Shown piece by piece: positions 8,604 through 16,073 of a DNA stretch of 64,000 bases. This stretch comes from a virus, in IMG/VR virus record IMGVR_UViG_3300027747_003046, positions 1-64,000 of that record; one strand, 5' to 3'. The position numbers and the translations under genes are program-made. Positions within the stretch are counted from its first letter, which is position 1; every line of letters begins with the position of its first letter. Below the pieces are notes generated by a model. It was not told where the DNA came from. It searched no databases and worked only from the letters and a program-made list of their open reading frames with translations.

Positions 8604-8849
8604 ATGTTAATCCTGTATGAGTTTCCAATTTTAAATAAAAATCGTGGTAGAGTCATTTTCCATATAACGAGTTCTCTCATTAACGAGCTCAACTATGAAA
8701 TATCTAGCATGTATACAAAGAGTGTTTTTTATGTTGAAGATTTGCTAACAGGTGAACTGCGAGGATTATATACTGCGGATTTATATGAATTGATGACAAC
8801 AGAAGAACAATACATCCAGCTTGATAAGCACCACTTCTATATACTATAA
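8604..8849 (+). CDS. small 'DLLxG' family paralog
   Basis: MLILYE..RVIFHI..EDLLTG. Confidence 0.7.
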   Translation: MLILYEFPILNKNRGRVIFHITSSLINELNYEISSMYTKSVFYVEDLLTGELRGLYTADLYELMTTEEQYIQLDKHHFYIL

Positions 8850-8906
8850 GACAAACTCTAATACTAGCTTCGCTATATAATCCTGCCGAGATATAAAGAA
8901 AACAAT

Positions 8907-9113
8907 ATGTATCTACTTTTGGAAGGCTATACTGCCACAGCAGGTGTGTTGCTAATGAGCAAAGGCAATAGGGTAATCCTATATAATCCAAACAAGAGGG
9001 AAAGACTCTTAAAGGATGTTGTAAGCCAATATACCGATCTGCTATCCGGTAAGATGGTTCATATTCGAAACATGGAACTGTTGGCTTTTATTCAAGATGG
9101 CTACGAGTTCTAA
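8907..9113 (+). CDS. small 'DLLxG' family paralog
   Basis: MYLLLEG..RVILYNP..TDLLSG. Confidence 0.75.
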   Translation: MYLLLEGYTATAGVLLMSKGNRVILYNPNKRERLLKDVVSQYTDLLSGKMVHIRNMELLAFIQDGYEF

Positions 9114-9145
9114 ACCGTATTCTATCGAGGACAAGAGAAAAGACT

Positions 9146-9361
9146 ATGCTATTGTTGGTAGAAGGATGCCGCATCACAATAGATGCCAGGTTAAGATATA
9201 CAAAAGACAGCAGAATGATTCTACATCTTCCAGAGACTCTTGAAGAGATCAAAAAGTATAAAAGTATCACCTACTTTGTTGTTGATCTATTGACAGATAG
9301 AGGTATATATATTAACAGGAATGATCTAAAAGACTTCCTTGCCAAAGGCATCCAACTATAA
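9146..9361 (+). CDS. small 'DLLxG' family paralog
   Basis: MLLLVEG..RMILHLP..VDLLTD. Confidence 0.75.
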   Translation: MLLLVEGCRITIDARLRYTKDSRMILHLPETLEEIKKYKSITYFVVDLLTDRGIYINRNDLKDFLAKGIQL

Positions 9362-9392
9362 GCCTTTCTCCCCGAGGTTATAAGAATATAAT

Positions 9393-9608
9393 ATGTATAT
9401 TATACTAGATGACTATGAAGTAACAGTCTGTCGCCTATGTCATACATACACACCAAACAAAAGAGTTATCCTATACAGTCCAGAGAAAGAGATAGACCCA
9501 GTAAATAGAAAACCCTATATCCAAATGATTGATCTACTATCAGGTAAGAACGTTATTATATCACAACCCGAAATAGATAATTTATTGGTGAATGGTGTCC
9601 TATTATAG
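9393..9608 (+). CDS. small 'DLLxG' family paralog
   Basis: MYIILDD..RVILYSP..IDLLSG. Confidence 0.75.
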   Translation: MYIILDDYEVTVCRLCHTYTPNKRVILYSPEKEIDPVNRKPYIQMIDLLSGKNVIISQPEIDNLLVNGVLL

Positions 9609-9611
9609 GTC

Positions 9612-9780
9612 TATAAAAAGAACCAGCAAAGAGTTCTTTTGTCCCAGTAAACTTGTGTATAGATTGAAGTAATTTAATTACCCTATACTAAACGTAGCAA
9701 GTGGTAAGTAACTAATAAGCTGTAGGGGAGCGACCATCGGGAGCGATTTAATACGCTACCACAAGATAGATCAAGTAAAA
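9612..9780 (-). ncRNA. candidate small RNA on the minus strand
   Basis: lies between a consensus minus-strand promoter and a bidirectional hairpin/U-tract; only a 19-codon ORF without RBS. Confidence 0.4.
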
Positions 9781-9785
9781 TAATT

Positions 9786-9814
9786 AGTATACCACTTTGA
9801 AAAAAGCTTGTCAA
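9786..9814 (-). promoter_or_regulatory. minus-strand sigma70 promoter TTGACA-N17-TATACT
   Basis: reverse complement reads TTGACAagcttttttcaaagTGgTATACT. Confidence 0.75.
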
Positions 9815-9907
9815 GTCTTAAAAAAAGTGAAAAAAAGTGATATAGGGCCTGGCAGATCAGTTACAGTTGGTGAACGGCTGTATACAAGCCCTATACCTTA
9901 CACGGAA

Positions 9908-10041
9908 TCATGCTGACATATGGCAAGATCGGTATAAACTGGCTGTTTAAAATGCGTTTCGCATTGTGAAGCCATTTTAACCGTTACAGCCATTTTTCTC
10001 TTTATAGAGTTCATGCTGACATATGGTGAGATCGGTATAAA
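9908..10041. repeat. 31-bp direct repeat pair flanking a long hairpin
   Basis: tcatgctgacatatggYRagatcggtataaa at 9908-9938 and 10011-10041 (2 mismatches). Confidence 0.85.
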
Positions 10042-10155
10042 TGATCTCTCCGGATCATAGCAGATCATATACAGAATAAGAAAACCGGCACAAGATCAAG
10101 GGGTTAGGGCCGCAGAAGAGAAGGGCTTGACGTTTGGCCGGACGTGTGGCATAAT
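10030..10155 (+). promoter_or_regulatory. composite early promoter 2
   Basis: GATC at 10030/10043/10053/10063, core GATCAAGGGGTTA 10094-10106, TTGACG 10127, CATAAT 10150. Confidence 0.8.
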
Positions 10156-10225
10156 GGGGGTGTGCCCGGTTCGGCACACGGTGCCTGTCCGCTGCGGGCT
10201 TGCTAGATAGTGAAAAGGTGATTCT

Positions 10226-10612
10226 ATGTCGCTTTCGATTGATACTGCGTCTACTTCGTCCCCCGTTGCTCCTGCGCTCCTTCGTACGGTTGGTGAGGGT
10301 GAGACGATCACGGTAAAGGATATTCTGGATCTTGCTGGTGTCAGCAAGGTTACACTGTTGAAGATGATTGAATCTGCGGGTATTGTGCCTGTTGGTAAGG
10401 TTGTCTCCGGTGGTCGTGGTCGTCCTGCTTTTCTCTTTGATCGTGCGGATGTTCAGCGTATGCTTGATGCACGTCAGGCTTCGAAGCTGGCAAAGGATAA
10501 CAAGCCTGTTGCGGTGGCACCGGTGAATGATACTGCGGATGCGGTCGCAGAGCCGGATGATGATAATGTTGATCCGGATCTGGCTGCTGCTCTTGCTGCA
10601 CAGCAGGAATGA
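10226..10612 (+). CDS. putative HTH DNA-binding protein with acidic tail
   Basis: TVKDILDLAGVSKVTLLKMI helix-turn-helix, wing motif GGRGRPAFLF. Confidence 0.7.
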   Translation: MSLSIDTASTSSPVAPALLRTVGEGETITVKDILDLAGVSKVTLLKMIESAGIVPVGKVVSGGRGRPAFLFDRADVQRMLDARQASKLAKDNKPVAVAPVNDTADAVAEPDDDNVDPDLAAALAAQQE

Positions 10613-10675
10613 ACTTGGCACACAAAACCGAATACTAAACAAAGGCTTATGGTTGTGCTATAAACAACCAAGTAT

Positions 10676-10749
10676 TGGGGAATCGTCTAACGGCAGGACT
10701 GTGGATTTTGATTCCACCTATTGGGGTTCGAATCCCTATTCCCCAACCA
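10676..10749 (+). tRNA. trnQ: tRNA-Gln(TTG)
   Basis: acceptor TGGGGAA/TTCCCCA, anticodon loop TT-TTG-AT, TTCGAAT, CCA. Confidence 0.93.
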
Positions 10750-10791
10750 TTAACAAGAATTGTATATTGTGATATACAATTCTTGTTCTCT

Positions 10792-10866
10792 GGCACTATC
10801 GTCTAGCGGTTAGGACAGAAGCCTTTCAAGTTTCTTGCAAGAGTTCGAATCTCTTTAGTGTCACCA
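10792..10866 (+). tRNA. trnE: tRNA-Glu(TTC)
   Basis: acceptor GGCACTA/TAGTGTC, loop CT-TTC-AA, CCA. Confidence 0.93.
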
Positions 10867-10904
10867 AAAGCACAGTTTCCGGAGCTGTTTAAAACCGGAT
10901 TTAT

Positions 10905-10981
10905 TGGCCAATAGCTCAGTTGGTAGTAGCGCATGACTGTTAATCATGAAGTCGTAGGTTCGACCCCTACTTGGCCAGCCA
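10905..10981 (+). tRNA. trnN: tRNA-Asn(GTT)
   Basis: acceptor TGGCCAA/TTGGCCA, loop CT-GTT-AA, CCA. Confidence 0.93.
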
Positions 10982-10986
10982 ATAAA

Positions 10987-11018
10987 AGCCGGACACCTTG
11001 TGTGTCCGGTTCTTTTTT
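10987..11018 (+). terminator. intrinsic terminator after tRNA trio
   Basis: gccggacac-cttgt-gtgtccggt plus T-tract. Confidence 0.75.
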
Positions 11019-11035
11019 AAAGGAAAGGGAATCTA

Positions 11036-11224
11036 TTGTTTAATACAAAGACCGACACTTTCAAGACTGCCCTTCACTATATTGAAATGTATGCGAATCC
11101 AATTCGCATGGCAATGATGGATCTTGAGAGTGGAGAAATTAAAGATGTAAATGTTGTTTCTCTTATCTCTCAGCTAATGGTTGATGAAGCCAGCCACAAA
11201 CTTGATCATGAGGTATCTTTCTGA
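11036..11224 (+). CDS. hypothetical protein
   Basis: 62-aa ORF with purine-rich RBS. Confidence 0.55.
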   Translation: MFNTKTDTFKTALHYIEMYANPIRMAMMDLESGEIKDVNVVSLISQLMVDEASHKLDHEVSF

Positions 11225-11511
11225 TGCGTATTATCACTCGTGATTGTATTCAGGCATTGATGGATGGTCGTGATATCACCGTTGACAATACAAGGGTTCG
11301 TGGTGATACCCTTTTCCTGCACGGTAATCCGATCATTCAAGTTCGTGATGATGGTGTATACATTCAAACTGGTGGATGGAATACACCTACCACAAAGGAA
11401 CGTTTGAATGGCTTGCCAAATGTAAGGGTTTATACCCACAAAAGGCAGCTTCATTTGAATAATACACCGTGGGATGGAAACTGGATTCGTGTTGATACGG
11501 ATCTTCGATGA
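11224..11511 (+). CDS. conserved phage hypothetical protein
   Basis: LHGNPI..GGWNTPTTKERLN motif typical of phage early proteins. Confidence 0.75.
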   Translation: MRIITRDCIQALMDGRDITVDNTRVRGDTLFLHGNPIIQVRDDGVYIQTGGWNTPTTKERLNGLPNVRVYTHKRQLHLNNTPWDGNWIRVDTDLR

Positions 11512-11596
11512 TTGTTTTCTTAATTATCACTTTTTGTCTCTCGGCTATGTTTCCACTGTTTCTTCAAAATGTGTTCCAAAATTGGGAGTGAGCTAT

Positions 11597-11800
11597 ATGG
11601 AAATGACTCTTGAACAGTTGACGATTCTTACACCTGCTCTTCGTTTGATCAGTGGGTTTGAAATGGCTGCATATCGTGAGGCATTGCTCCAATCTTTGGA
11701 AGGTGTTAATATGCTTACAGAAGAAAGCAAGATTATTGCCCATGAATACGACAAGACCCTTGAATTCTATTCTATGAGTTTCAAGCCAGAGATCCAGTAG
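11597..11800 (+). CDS. hypothetical protein
   Basis: start moved to ATG 11597 behind GGAG. Confidence 0.6.
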   Translation: MEMTLEQLTILTPALRLISGFEMAAYREALLQSLEGVNMLTEESKIIAHEYDKTLEFYSMSFKPEIQ

Positions 11801-11892
11801 AGATCACGTATAATTTAAAAAACCGATGACATTCTGCGGGGTTACGTGCCCCGCTCTTTGCCCTTGACGTTCCCGCAGATCGGTGCTACAAT
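11791..11892 (+). promoter_or_regulatory. composite early promoter 3
   Basis: GATC at 11791/11802, core TTCTGCGGGGTTA 11832-11844, TTGACG 11864, TACAAT 11887. Confidence 0.8.
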
Positions 11893-11898
11893 AGGCGC

Positions 11899-12120
11899 AT
11901 GCAAACCCGATCCGCTTCCGCTCGTGCCTTTTCGATCATTATGATGCGCGGTGTTAAAAAGGATAATGTTATTCGTTTTGCCCTTTCGTTGAATGATAAA
12001 GAAACCGAAGAAGCAACGGACACTTTTCACCGTCAAGGGCCGCGTTTGTGGGGTTTCTGGTGTAAAGCAATGGATGAACGAAAGAAGAACAATATGATTG
12101 TTCCTGCCGTTTTCCGCTGA
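11899..12120 (+). CDS. hypothetical protein (probably leaderless mRNA)
   Basis: ATG 6 nt after the -10 box. Confidence 0.65.
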   Translation: MQTRSASARAFSIIMMRGVKKDNVIRFALSLNDKETEEATDTFHRQGPRLWGFWCKAMDERKKNNMIVPAVFR

Positions 12121-12146
12121 ACTGCTATCATATAACAGAAAGGATT

Positions 12147-12464
12147 GTGAATATGGCTAAGGTTATCATTTCTCCCGGTTTTGGTGGTGGTTTCCGTGGT
12201 AACGTAAAGCACCGTTTTGATCCCGAGCTCATTCGTATCATTGAAGAAAAGGAAAACCTCGTTCCAGGAGAACGTGGAAACCCTGAAAAGCGCAAGGCAC
12301 TCGATGCACAGTTAAAGCTGCGCCTGCACGTGCTGGATATTCAATGTGATCCGTCAAAGCTTGCGGTTATTGAATTGGCTTCTGGTAAGCGTTTCAAGAT
12401 CGAAGAATATGATGGCTCAGAATATATCATCACGGAAGATGATCTGAATATGGTTGCACCCTGA
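12147..12464 (+). CDS. conserved phage hypothetical protein
   Basis: ISPGFGGGF..RFDPELI..FKIEEYDGSEYI. Confidence 0.75.
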   Translation: MNMAKVIISPGFGGGFRGNVKHRFDPELIRIIEEKENLVPGERGNPEKRKALDAQLKLRLHVLDIQCDPSKLAVIELASGKRFKIEEYDGSEYIITEDDLNMVAP

Positions 12465-12484
12465 ACTCTGCGAGGATTAAACAT

Positions 12485-12649
12485 ATGGAATATCTCTATC
12501 TGCAAGATGGTTTCTATGATGGTAAAGATCCAAAGGAGATTCAGCGTTTCCTGGATACAGTTGAAAACGGTGGATACAAGCCAACAAAGGGTGATAGTGT
12601 GACAGTGGTTGCCTTGTCACCTTTGAATGACGACGAGCTCCCTTGTTAG
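12485..12649 (+). CDS. small hypothetical protein (54 aa, absent from ORF track)
   Basis: GAGG RBS, MEYLYLQDGFYDGKDPKEIQRF... Confidence 0.6.
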   Translation: MEYLYLQDGFYDGKDPKEIQRFLDTVENGGYKPTKGDSVTVVALSPLNDDELPC

Positions 12650-12663
12650 GGAGCTTTCTTTTT
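12635..12663 (+). terminator. intrinsic terminator
   Basis: gagctccct-tgtt-agggagctt plus T-tract. Confidence 0.75.
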
Positions 12664-12669
12664 ATCTGT

Positions 12670-12782
12670 GATCTGTCCTAGAGATCACGAGAGATCACAT
12701 ACACCGAAAGAAAGCACCGTGTTTTCAAGGGGTTAGCGGCGCACGTTTCTCCTCTTGACATTCCCGCCCGATCCGGTATAAT
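12670..12782 (+). promoter_or_regulatory. composite early promoter 4
   Basis: GATC at 12670/12683/12693, core TTTCAAGGGGTTA 12723-12735, TTGACA 12755, TATAAT 12777. Confidence 0.85.
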
Positions 12783-12826
12783 GGGCGGGGATTCGCTTCC
12801 TGCTAACCCGTTCCACGGATCACTGT

Positions 12827-13234
12827 ATGATGAATGTCAATGATGCGATGACTGTCCTTGCTACCCTCACGCACGGTGAGATCGGCGCTCTTTCTGATAA
12901 CGATCTGCGCGCTTTGCAGGATGCTGCCAAGTATATCACGCAATCGACCGTGACGCACCTTGCCAAGCGTAAAGCGGAAGCGGAAGATCGCGAGCGTCAT
13001 AACCGTAACCTTGCAAAGCGTGCGGAACAAACCGCAAACAATACAAAGTGTGCGAGTGTGCAAGACATTCCAGAGTATAAACAGCTCGTCATGCTTGCCA
13101 ACCTTCTTGCATACAGCCGCAAGAAGAATGACGGCAATAGTGTCAAGCTGGAAAGCAAGATCGAAGCGATCTTGGAAGTGTACGGTATGAACGACAAGCG
13201 TGTTATGGCTCACCTTGTCAACCTTGCTAGCTGA
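12827..13234 (+). CDS. early helical hypothetical protein
   Basis: 135-aa ORF downstream of a consensus promoter. Confidence 0.75.
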   Translation: MMNVNDAMTVLATLTHGEIGALSDNDLRALQDAAKYITQSTVTHLAKRKAEAEDRERHNRNLAKRAEQTANNTKCASVQDIPEYKQLVMLANLLAYSRKKNDGNSVKLESKIEAILEVYGMNDKRVMAHLVNLAS

Positions 13235-13289
13235 TAACCTTTTCACCCTATACTGTAAACCTTCCCGAGAACAAGAGAGAAAAGATATA

Positions 13290-13532
13290 ATGAATACCGT
13301 GAACAAGCCCAAGCTTCCTAACTATTTCCTCAAGTCGCGCCCCCATCACCTTGACAATAAAGTTGTCACTTGGTTCAACCTTGATCGTGTAAAGGTTGGT
13401 CGTTCGGTTGACTTCAACCGTACACAACACCATGGCACCGTTGCCCTTGTTTCACCGTGTGGTGAGATTGCCTTGGTTCGTCAAGCTGATCGTATGGTTG
13501 AAGTGGAAGTGTGCGAGCTTACCACGCTTTGA
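13290..13532 (+). CDS. SH3-like hypothetical protein
   Basis: VKVGRSVDF..GTVALV; start moved to ATG 13290. Confidence 0.65.
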   Translation: MNTVNKPKLPNYFLKSRPHHLDNKVVTWFNLDRVKVGRSVDFNRTQHHGTVALVSPCGEIALVRQADRMVEVEVCELTTL

Positions 13533-13565
13533 AACGTTTCAGTTAGAACGTTCGAATCCTACACT

Positions 13566-13600
13566 AACCCACCTTCATGGTGGGTTTTTTGTTTTCTTTT
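13566..13600 (+). terminator. intrinsic terminator
   Basis: aacccacc-ttcat-ggtgggtt plus long T-tract. Confidence 0.8.
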
Positions 13601-13658
13601 TAAACCGTTCACCACGAGTTCATTTGGTGTATGGTAGAACATCGAAGAGTTCCAGGGA

Positions 13659-13785
13659 GATCACGTATATGATCTGGTAGAGATCAGGGGGAGATCACAG
13701 ATAAGAATAAAAAACCCTCACAGTTTCGCGGACTTGGCACGACACGCACAAAGGGCTTGCGCTTTTCTTAGGACCGTGCTACAAT
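13659..13785 (+). promoter_or_regulatory. composite early promoter 5
   Basis: GATC at 13659/13671/13682/13693, core TTTCGCGGACTTG 13724-13736, TTGCGC 13757, TACAAT 13780. Confidence 0.75.
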
Positions 13786-13862
13786 GTGCAGGCGCCGGAC
13801 GGGTTGCGGTTCCCACGGTGCGATTCACTAGCTAACCGCTTGTCTGCTGAGGGGTCAACAAT

Positions 13863-14261
13863 ATGTCGAACGTCAACAACACCGCCCGCAAGTCGATTGT
13901 CCGCGCTCAGGACGTTGCGCTTTCTTTCCTTATGGGTGGCATCGGTGCCGTGCAAAAGCTGCACACTGATAAGGGCTTCACGGCATCGACGCTTGATAGC
14001 GCAATCGACACGATGAACGAGGGTGGGCAGGACACTGCGTCGCTTGTTACGCTGCGCGATCAGCTGTTTGTTAAGTCGACGGGTTCGCGTGGTCGTAAGG
14101 CTGCGTCGATTGGCGATGCCCGTCATTACAGTGTGCAGGAAGTCGGCGAAACGGGTGCGTTTGTTCGTCTGCCCGTTGGCCTGCTCGGGCTTGTTAAGGG
14201 TGACGAAGTTCGCGTCACGTTCCTCGACGGTCGTATTGTTGTTGAGTCTGCTGCTAGCTGA
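13863..14261 (+). CDS. protein with C-terminal AbrB/MazE/SpoVT-like domain
   Basis: FVRLPVGLLGLVKGDEVRVTFLDGRIVV fits the swapped-hairpin pattern; GAGG RBS. Confidence 0.65.
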   Translation: MSNVNNTARKSIVRAQDVALSFLMGGIGAVQKLHTDKGFTASTLDSAIDTMNEGGQDTASLVTLRDQLFVKSTGSRGRKAASIGDARHYSVQEVGETGAFVRLPVGLLGLVKGDEVRVTFLDGRIVVESAAS

Positions 14262-14309
14262 ACCAGCAGACAACCAACATAGCCGGTACCGGCCAGCAAT
14301 AGCAAACCA

Positions 14310-14334
14310 GCCCCGCGACAAGCGGGGTTTTTTT
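14310..14334 (+). terminator. intrinsic terminator ending the early region
   Basis: ccccgc-gacaa-gcgggg plus T7. Confidence 0.8.
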
Positions 14335-14384
14335 ATATGCGAGAACATAAGAAGACATAAAGAATAAACATATAAAAAACACAT

Positions 14385-14550
14385 ACCCCTCCCCCCTCCC
14401 CCTGTATACCGGAATCTAACTACCATAGCCATATAGTGTATAGTTGGCGCCATAATACACGCTTGAAATACCGGCCAAATTTTTGGAATTTTTTTTAACA
14501 AGGTGCGTTAAGGGGGGTGGCAGAAAAATTCCCGGCCAAAATTTTCCCCA
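14385..14550. other. non-coding junction with C-tracts and repeated CCGGCCAAA(A)TTTT; candidate genome end/packaging site
   Basis: CCCCTCCCCCCTCCCCC, two CCGGCCAAA(A)TTTT copies, and a change in gene class/composition across it. Confidence 0.35.
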
Positions 14551-14599
14551 ATTGGCTTTTAAACAGGCAAAAGGCTAATTATAACATTAAAACATTAAT

Positions 14600-15988
14600 A
14601 TGAAAATAAAATTAAAAAAGAACCGCATAAAAGAAACACTAAACCGTTTGGCTGAAATAAGCGCAAAATCAGTTGGCTTAGATCCCAAACGTGACACAAC
14701 GTTAAGTGATGATGACCTATTGTCCATGATAAGCGATAAGGATATCAATGCCAATCCAGGTTACGGTTTTATGTTGCGTAATGGTTATATCCCGGTTGGT
14801 AGAGATACAGTAGATGAAGAAGGTGATAGAGTATTTTCAGCTAAATTAGGTGAAGGCGCATTTGGTGTTGTATACGAAGCAACAAAAGCCGGAACAGATA
14901 AGCGTTATGCGGTTAAAATCACCGGAGATACGAATGAGGTGCGAATCCGCAAGATGTTAGAGGATGCTCGCGAAAAGCTGCCAGAATCGATTATGGCTCA
15001 TTTCGTGAGGGTTGATGATATCATTGAGGTTGAGAGCACACCGGTAAGCACCTATGGAACAAAAAAGAAGTTCCTTATTGCCATGCAATTGGTAAGACCA
15101 ATGAATAAATTTGAAAGCACAGCACTATTCAAGGGTGTTAGCGAACTTACAAGAATGACAGCAGATTTTAATTCAAAATATATTATTAAAGATCCAAAGA
15201 TATTCAAAGAATTGTTTAATAATCGTATTATGAAGTTTTCATTTGCTGATGATTTAATTTTTAATTTTTCTTCCATAAGAGCATCGAAAGGTTCAAAACC
15301 AACAGATAGAGAAAAAGAATCATTTGCTGAAAAGGCACATCAACTTGATCAAAAATTAAGTGATGACCTTATGAAAGGCTTGGATGATTCCCTGTTGGGT
15401 TTCTGGAAAGAAACAATGACAAGATTATTGGCTAGCCAAAATACGGATGATCTTTCAAGTTATGGTTCGCTTTATGGCTATGCTGCCGTTGAAGTTGTTG
15501 TGGAACTTTGTAAAGAAATTGCCAAGAAGGATGGCAAGCGTTACGAACTCTTGTTAAAAGAAATGGGTCTTGGTGAGGCTTTGGAACGTGATGGTCCGTT
15601 AGAAGATTATTTATTTGATAGAATAGTAAATCTTTCTTCACAATTTGAACACGGTATGAGAAACGAATGGAAAGATTTTATTAAAAACCGTTACGGTAAA
15701 GAACAAGGCGAATTCAAAATGAAATATGCCTATGGTGATTTTGTAAATACACTTAAAGCCGGCGAAGACAAAGGGAAAATTAGGGAAAAATTTAACGAAA
15801 TTGCCGAAAAAATGCCCGAAAAAGTGAAAAATTTTATGGGTGCTTTGATGACGCTTGCCCTCGACGAAGGGATTTTGTGGCGCGATTTGCACGAAGGTAA
15901 TGTTATGATTGACCCGCAAACGCGTGAATATGTTGCGGTTGATGTTGGATTGTTTTCAACAGATAGTGTATTAAAACAGCGTTTTTGA
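14600..15988 (+). CDS. Ser/Thr protein kinase-like protein with a large insertion
   Basis: LGEGAFGVVY, YAVK, WRDLHEGNVM, VDVG. Confidence 0.85.
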   Translation: MKIKLKKNRIKETLNRLAEISAKSVGLDPKRDTTLSDDDLLSMISDKDINANPGYGFMLRNGYIPVGRDTVDEEGDRVFSAKLGEGAFGVVYEATKAGTDKRYAVKITGDTNEVRIRKMLEDAREKLPESIMAHFVRVDDIIEVESTPVSTYGTKKKFLIAMQLVRPMNKFESTALFKGVSELTRMTADFNSKYIIKDPKIFKELFNNRIMKFSFADDLIFNFSSIRASKGSKPTDREKESFAEKAHQLDQKLSDDLMKGLDDSLLGFWKETMTRLLASQNTDDLSSYGSLYGYAAVEVVVELCKEIAKKDGKRYELLLKEMGLGEALERDGPLEDYLFDRIVNLSSQFEHGMRNEWKDFIKNRYGKEQGEFKMKYAYGDFVNTLKAGEDKGKIREKFNEIAEKMPEKVKNFMGALMTLALDEGILWRDLHEGNVMIDPQTREYVAVDVGLFSTDSVLKQRF

Positions 15989-16073
15989 TAACGAAATACT
16001 ATTTATTTTTTATTATGGCCTAAATTTGCAAATTTATGTTGGGCCTGTTAACGTTAACAATGGAGATTAAGAA

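Noticed and set aside
9908-10041. Possible mini-CRISPR array
   Set aside because: Only two repeats, a 72-bp self-complementary spacer and no cas operon; kept as an unexplained repeat
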